Source: an uncultured Mycobacterium sp. (GTDB taxonomy: Bacteria > Actinomycetota > Actinomycetes > Mycobacteriales > Mycobacteriaceae). Taken from it: a stretch of 33,825 nt of DNA. Below are positions 30,713 to 33,825 of this stretch, one piece after another. The first letter of the stretch is position 1. The number at the start of each line of letters is the position of its first letter. The notes under the pieces were generated by a model. That model did no database searches and was not told the DNA's origin. It was given only the letters and a program-made list of their open reading frames with translations. Both the position numbers and the translations under genes were made by a program. Location of the stretch: positions 3,305 to 37,129 of the forward strand of contig CAZDYH010000005.1 of the NCBI GenBank assembly GCA_964509355.1, in the 5' to 3' direction.

Positions 30713-32032
30713 TCACGGCCGACGGACAGTATGCTGACCGGCAGATCCATTGGCTGCTGTCGGCGGTCGATGAACCGATGCCGCCATTCCCCGTACCGCA
30801 CCAAGGGCCCGCATGCCGTGGTAGATCACCAGCGCGGCGATCGAGCCGAGCGCGATACCGGTGAACGTGAGATCGCCGATCCGCCAAGTGAAGTCGGCGA
30901 TGCCGATGATCAGTGCGATGGCCGCGGTCATCTGGTTGACGGGCAGCGAGAAGTCGACGTGGTTGGTCAGCCAGATGCGCACGCCGAGCACACCGACCAG
31001 GCCGTACAGCACGACGGTGGCACCGCCGAGCACGCCGGCCGGGACCGCCGAGATCGTCGCGCCGACCTTCGGGCACAGCGACAGTGCGATCGCCACCGCG
31101 CCGGCGATCCAGTAGGCCGCCGTCGAGTAGACCCGGGTGGCCGCCATCACCCCGATGTTCTCGGCATAGGTGGTGGTGGCCGAGCCGCCGCCGAAGCCGG
31201 CCAGACAGGTCGCCAGGCCGTCAGCGGCCAGCGCGCGGCCGGTCAGCGGGTCGGTGTCGACACCGGTCATCTGGCCGACCGACTTGACGTGACCGATGTT
31301 CTCGGCGACCAGCGCGATCACCGCGGGCAGGAACATCGGCAGCACCGCAAGCGTGAAGGTCGGTGTCTGGAACTTCGGCAGGCCCACCCAGCCGGCGGCC
31401 GCGATCATCGACGTATCGACCTCGCCGAGCGCCAGGGCCAGCAGATAGCCGGCGACCACCGCGAGGAAGATCGCCAGCCGGCCGAGGATGCCCCGGAAGA
31501 ACGCCAGCGCGGCCACCAGCAGCAACAGCGTGGCGAGTCCGACTACCGGCCCCTTCTCGAAGTTGGTCTTCGCCGCCGGGGCGAGGTTGAAACCGATGAG
31601 CGCCACGATCGCCCCGGTGACCACCGGCGGCAGAGTCAGGTCGATCCAGTGCGTGCCCACGAGGTGCACCGTCACGCCGATCGCGATGAGCACGGCACCG
31701 ACCGCCACCAGCCCGCCGAGCGCACTGCCGGTGCCCTGCGAGGCGACGGCCGCGGTGACCGGCGCGATCACCGAGAAGCTGGAGCCCAGATAGCTGGGTA
31801 GCCGGTTACCGGTGATGACGAGGAAAATCAGCGTGCCGAGACCGGAGAACAGCAGCGTGGTGGCCGGCGGGAAACCGGTCAGCACCGGGACCAGGAAGGT
31901 GGCCCCGAACATGGCGACGACGTGCTGCGCGCCGATTCCGAGAGTCCTCGGCCAGCTCAACCGTTCATCGGGCGCGACGACGATATCGCTTCCGGGCCGG
32001 GCGTCAACGGGTTTCCAGGTCAGCGGGATCAC
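30713..32032 (-). CDS. NCS2 uracil/xanthine permease (UraA/RutG-like)
   Basis: Motifs GAQHVVAMFG, YLGSSF, AENIGH and TTYAENIGV. Start is uncertain (GTG 32032 or ATG 32092). Confidence 0.9.
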   Translation of the reverse strand: MIPLTWKPVDARPGSDIVVAPDERLSWPRTLGIGAQHVVAMFGATFLVPVLTGFPPATTLLFSGLGTLIFLVITGNRLPSYLGSSFSVIAPVTAAVASQGTGSALGGLVAVGAVLIAIGVTVHLVGTHWIDLTLPPVVTGAIVALIGFNLAPAAKTNFEKGPVVGLATLLLLVAALAFFRGILGRLAIFLAVVAGYLLALALGEVDTSMIAAAGWVGLPKFQTPTFTLAVLPMFLPAVIALVAENIGHVKSVGQMTGVDTDPLTGRALAADGLATCLAGFGGGSATTTYAENIGVMAATRVYSTAAYWIAGAVAIALSLCPKVGATISAVPAGVLGGATVVLYGLVGVLGVRIWLTNHVDFSLPVNQMTAAIALIIGIADFTWRIGDLTFTGIALGSIAALVIYHGMRALGAVRGMAASVHRPPTAANGSAGQHTVRRP

Positions 32033-32103
32033 GTGTCGACTACACACCATCGGGGCCGCTCCGGCGCAGATATCTGACGGTGGGATGGACATACAGGCCG
32101 GTC

Positions 32104-33825
32104 ATGACGGATGGTTCCACTGTGACGTGGTTTGAATCGAAGGGGTCCGAATTCCTACCCGGACTGGCGCAGTTCCGTGGCTACCAACGGGCCTGGCTGC
32201 GCGGTGATCTGCTGGCCGGTGTGACCGTGGCCGCCTACCTGGTCCCTCAGGTCATGGCCTACGCAACCCTGGCGGGTCTGTCGCCGGTCGCCGGCCTGTG
32301 GGCCGCGATAGCGCCGCTCGCAATCTACGCCGCGGTGGGCACCTCGCGGCAGCTGTCGGTCGGACCCGAGTCGACGACCGCGCTGATGACGGCGGTGGTG
32401 CTGGCACCGATGGCCGCCGGCGACCCGCGTCACTATGCGGCACTGGCGGCGGCCCTGGCGCTGCTTGTCGGCGCACTCTGTCTTGTCGGCGCCACTGCCA
32501 GGTTGGGATTCCTGGCTGATCTGCTGTCGCGGCCGGTGCTGATCGGCTACATGGCCGGCGTCGCGGTCATGATGACCGTCAGCCAGCTGGGTAAGGTTAC
32601 CGGAGTACCGATCGAGGGCGACCAATTCGTAAACCAGATGAGGTCTTTCGCGGCGGGACTGGATCAGCTGCATTGGCCGACGATCATCCTGGCACTTGTG
32701 GTCCTCGGCCTGCTTCTCATCCAGGCGTGGTTGGCGCCGCGCGCCCCGGGCCCGCTCATCGCGATGCTGGCGGCGACGGTCGTCGTAACCGCGTTCTCGT
32801 TGGATGACAGGGGTATCGCCGTCGTCGGCATGATCCCGTCCGGTCTGCCGATACCCGGTGTGACCGGTATCCCCGCGGCTGAGCTGGTGGCCTTGGTGAT
32901 CCCGGCCTTGGGCATCGCCATCGTGGGATTCTCCGACAACGTGCTGACCGCCCGGGCGTTCGGCGCGCGCCAGGGCCAGGACGTGGACGCCAACGCCGAA
33001 CTCCGTGCCCTCGGGCTCTGCAACCTCGGCGGCGGGCTGATGCGCGGCTTTCCAATGAGTTCCAGTGGAAGTCGCACCGCCATCGGTAATGCGGTCGGTA
33101 GCCGCACCCAGTTGTTCTCGTTGGTCTCGTTGGTGTGCTTGCTGGCCGTCATTCTCACCGCGCGGGGGGTGCTGGCGCATTTTCCGACCGCGGCACTGGG
33201 GGCTCTGGTGGTGTATGCCGCGCTGCGCTTGATCGATGTGTCGGAGTTTCGGCGGCTGGCCCACTTTCGGCGCAGCGAGGCGATCCTGGCGCTGGCCACC
33301 GCCGCCGCGGTGGTGGGTCTCGGCGTGCTCTACGGTGTCCTCGTCGCGGTCGCGCTGTCCATTCTCGACCTGCTGCGCCGCGTTGCACGGCCGCACGATG
33401 CCGTTCTCGGATTCGTCCCGGGCTTGGCCGGGATGCATGACGTCGACGACTATCCGGAGGCGAATCCCGTGCCCGGTCTGGTCATGTACCGCTACGACGC
33501 GCCCCTGTGCTTCGCCAACGCCGAAGACTTCCGTAGTCGCGCTCTGGCGGCCGTGGACGCAAACCCGGTCCCTGTCGAGTGGTTTGTGCTCAACGCGGAG
33601 GCGAACGTGGAGGTCGACCTCACCGCACTGGATGCCCTCGACCAGCTTCGCGCTGATTTGGAAAGGCGCGGAATAGACTTCGGCATGGCCAGGGTGAAGC
33701 AGGACCTGCGGGTGTCACTCGAGGCCATAGGTCTGGTGGACAAGATCGGCGAGGACCGCATCTTCATGACCTTGCCGACCACCGTCGAGGCCTTCAGGCG
33801 CGAACACACACGCCCGCCTCTCTAA
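32104..33825 (+). CDS. SulP/SLC26 anion transporter with STAS domain
   Basis: Motifs GDLLAGVTVA..LVPQ.MAYA.LAG, SVGP, ANAEL, SGSRT and STAS YDAPLCFANA...D.TA. Ends in TAA at 33825. Start at 32104 or 32080. Confidence 0.93.
   Translation: MTDGSTVTWFESKGSEFLPGLAQFRGYQRAWLRGDLLAGVTVAAYLVPQVMAYATLAGLSPVAGLWAAIAPLAIYAAVGTSRQLSVGPESTTALMTAVVLAPMAAGDPRHYAALAAALALLVGALCLVGATARLGFLADLLSRPVLIGYMAGVAVMMTVSQLGKVTGVPIEGDQFVNQMRSFAAGLDQLHWPTIILALVVLGLLLIQAWLAPRAPGPLIAMLAATVVVTAFSLDDRGIAVVGMIPSGLPIPGVTGIPAAELVALVIPALGIAIVGFSDNVLTARAFGARQGQDVDANAELRALGLCNLGGGLMRGFPMSSSGSRTAIGNAVGSRTQLFSLVSLVCLLAVILTARGVLAHFPTAALGALVVYAALRLIDVSEFRRLAHFRRSEAILALATAAAVVGLGVLYGVLVAVALSILDLLRRVARPHDAVLGFVPGLAGMHDVDDYPEANPVPGLVMYRYDAPLCFANAEDFRSRALAAVDANPVPVEWFVLNAEANVEVDLTALDALDQLRADLERRGIDFGMARVKQDLRVSLEAIGLVDKIGEDRIFMTLPTTVEAFRREHTRPPL

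Overview
GC-rich mycobacterial DNA, probably a rapid grower (Mycolicibacterium-like). The window is mostly conserved core genome. Gene order: start of an Rv0359-like M50 protease, Rv0358-like gene, purA, PaaI thioesterase, DUF4345-like and membrane proteins, MmpL/MarR pair, purT, small membrane-anchored protein, rhodanese, metZ, large ATPase-LuxR regulator, MBL hydrolase, fgd1, pta, ackA, pknG-glnH-glnX, mutT3/renU, thiE, TPP riboswitch, thiO-thiS-thiG, ABC exporter, two tandem LpqL-like M28 lipoproteins, NCS2 permease, SulP transporter. I see no mobile element, CRISPR array, tRNA or rRNA, and no clearly new multi-gene system. The most unusual structure is a pair of MIRU-like 33-36 bp tandem repeats about 21 kb apart. 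They share the motif GTGATGARCG-N(5-8)-GAAGAACC and sit exactly on TGATG stop/start junctions. One builds a chain of coupled mini-ORFs; the other adds in-frame MSVSREEPKAV units in front of the GlnH signal peptide. Other points of interest are the many apparent leaderless starts, a degenerate PurT, an Asn-Tyr motif in the MmpL, and an ABC exporter coupled to the TPP-controlled thi operon. All homology calls come from recalled motifs and synteny, not database searches.
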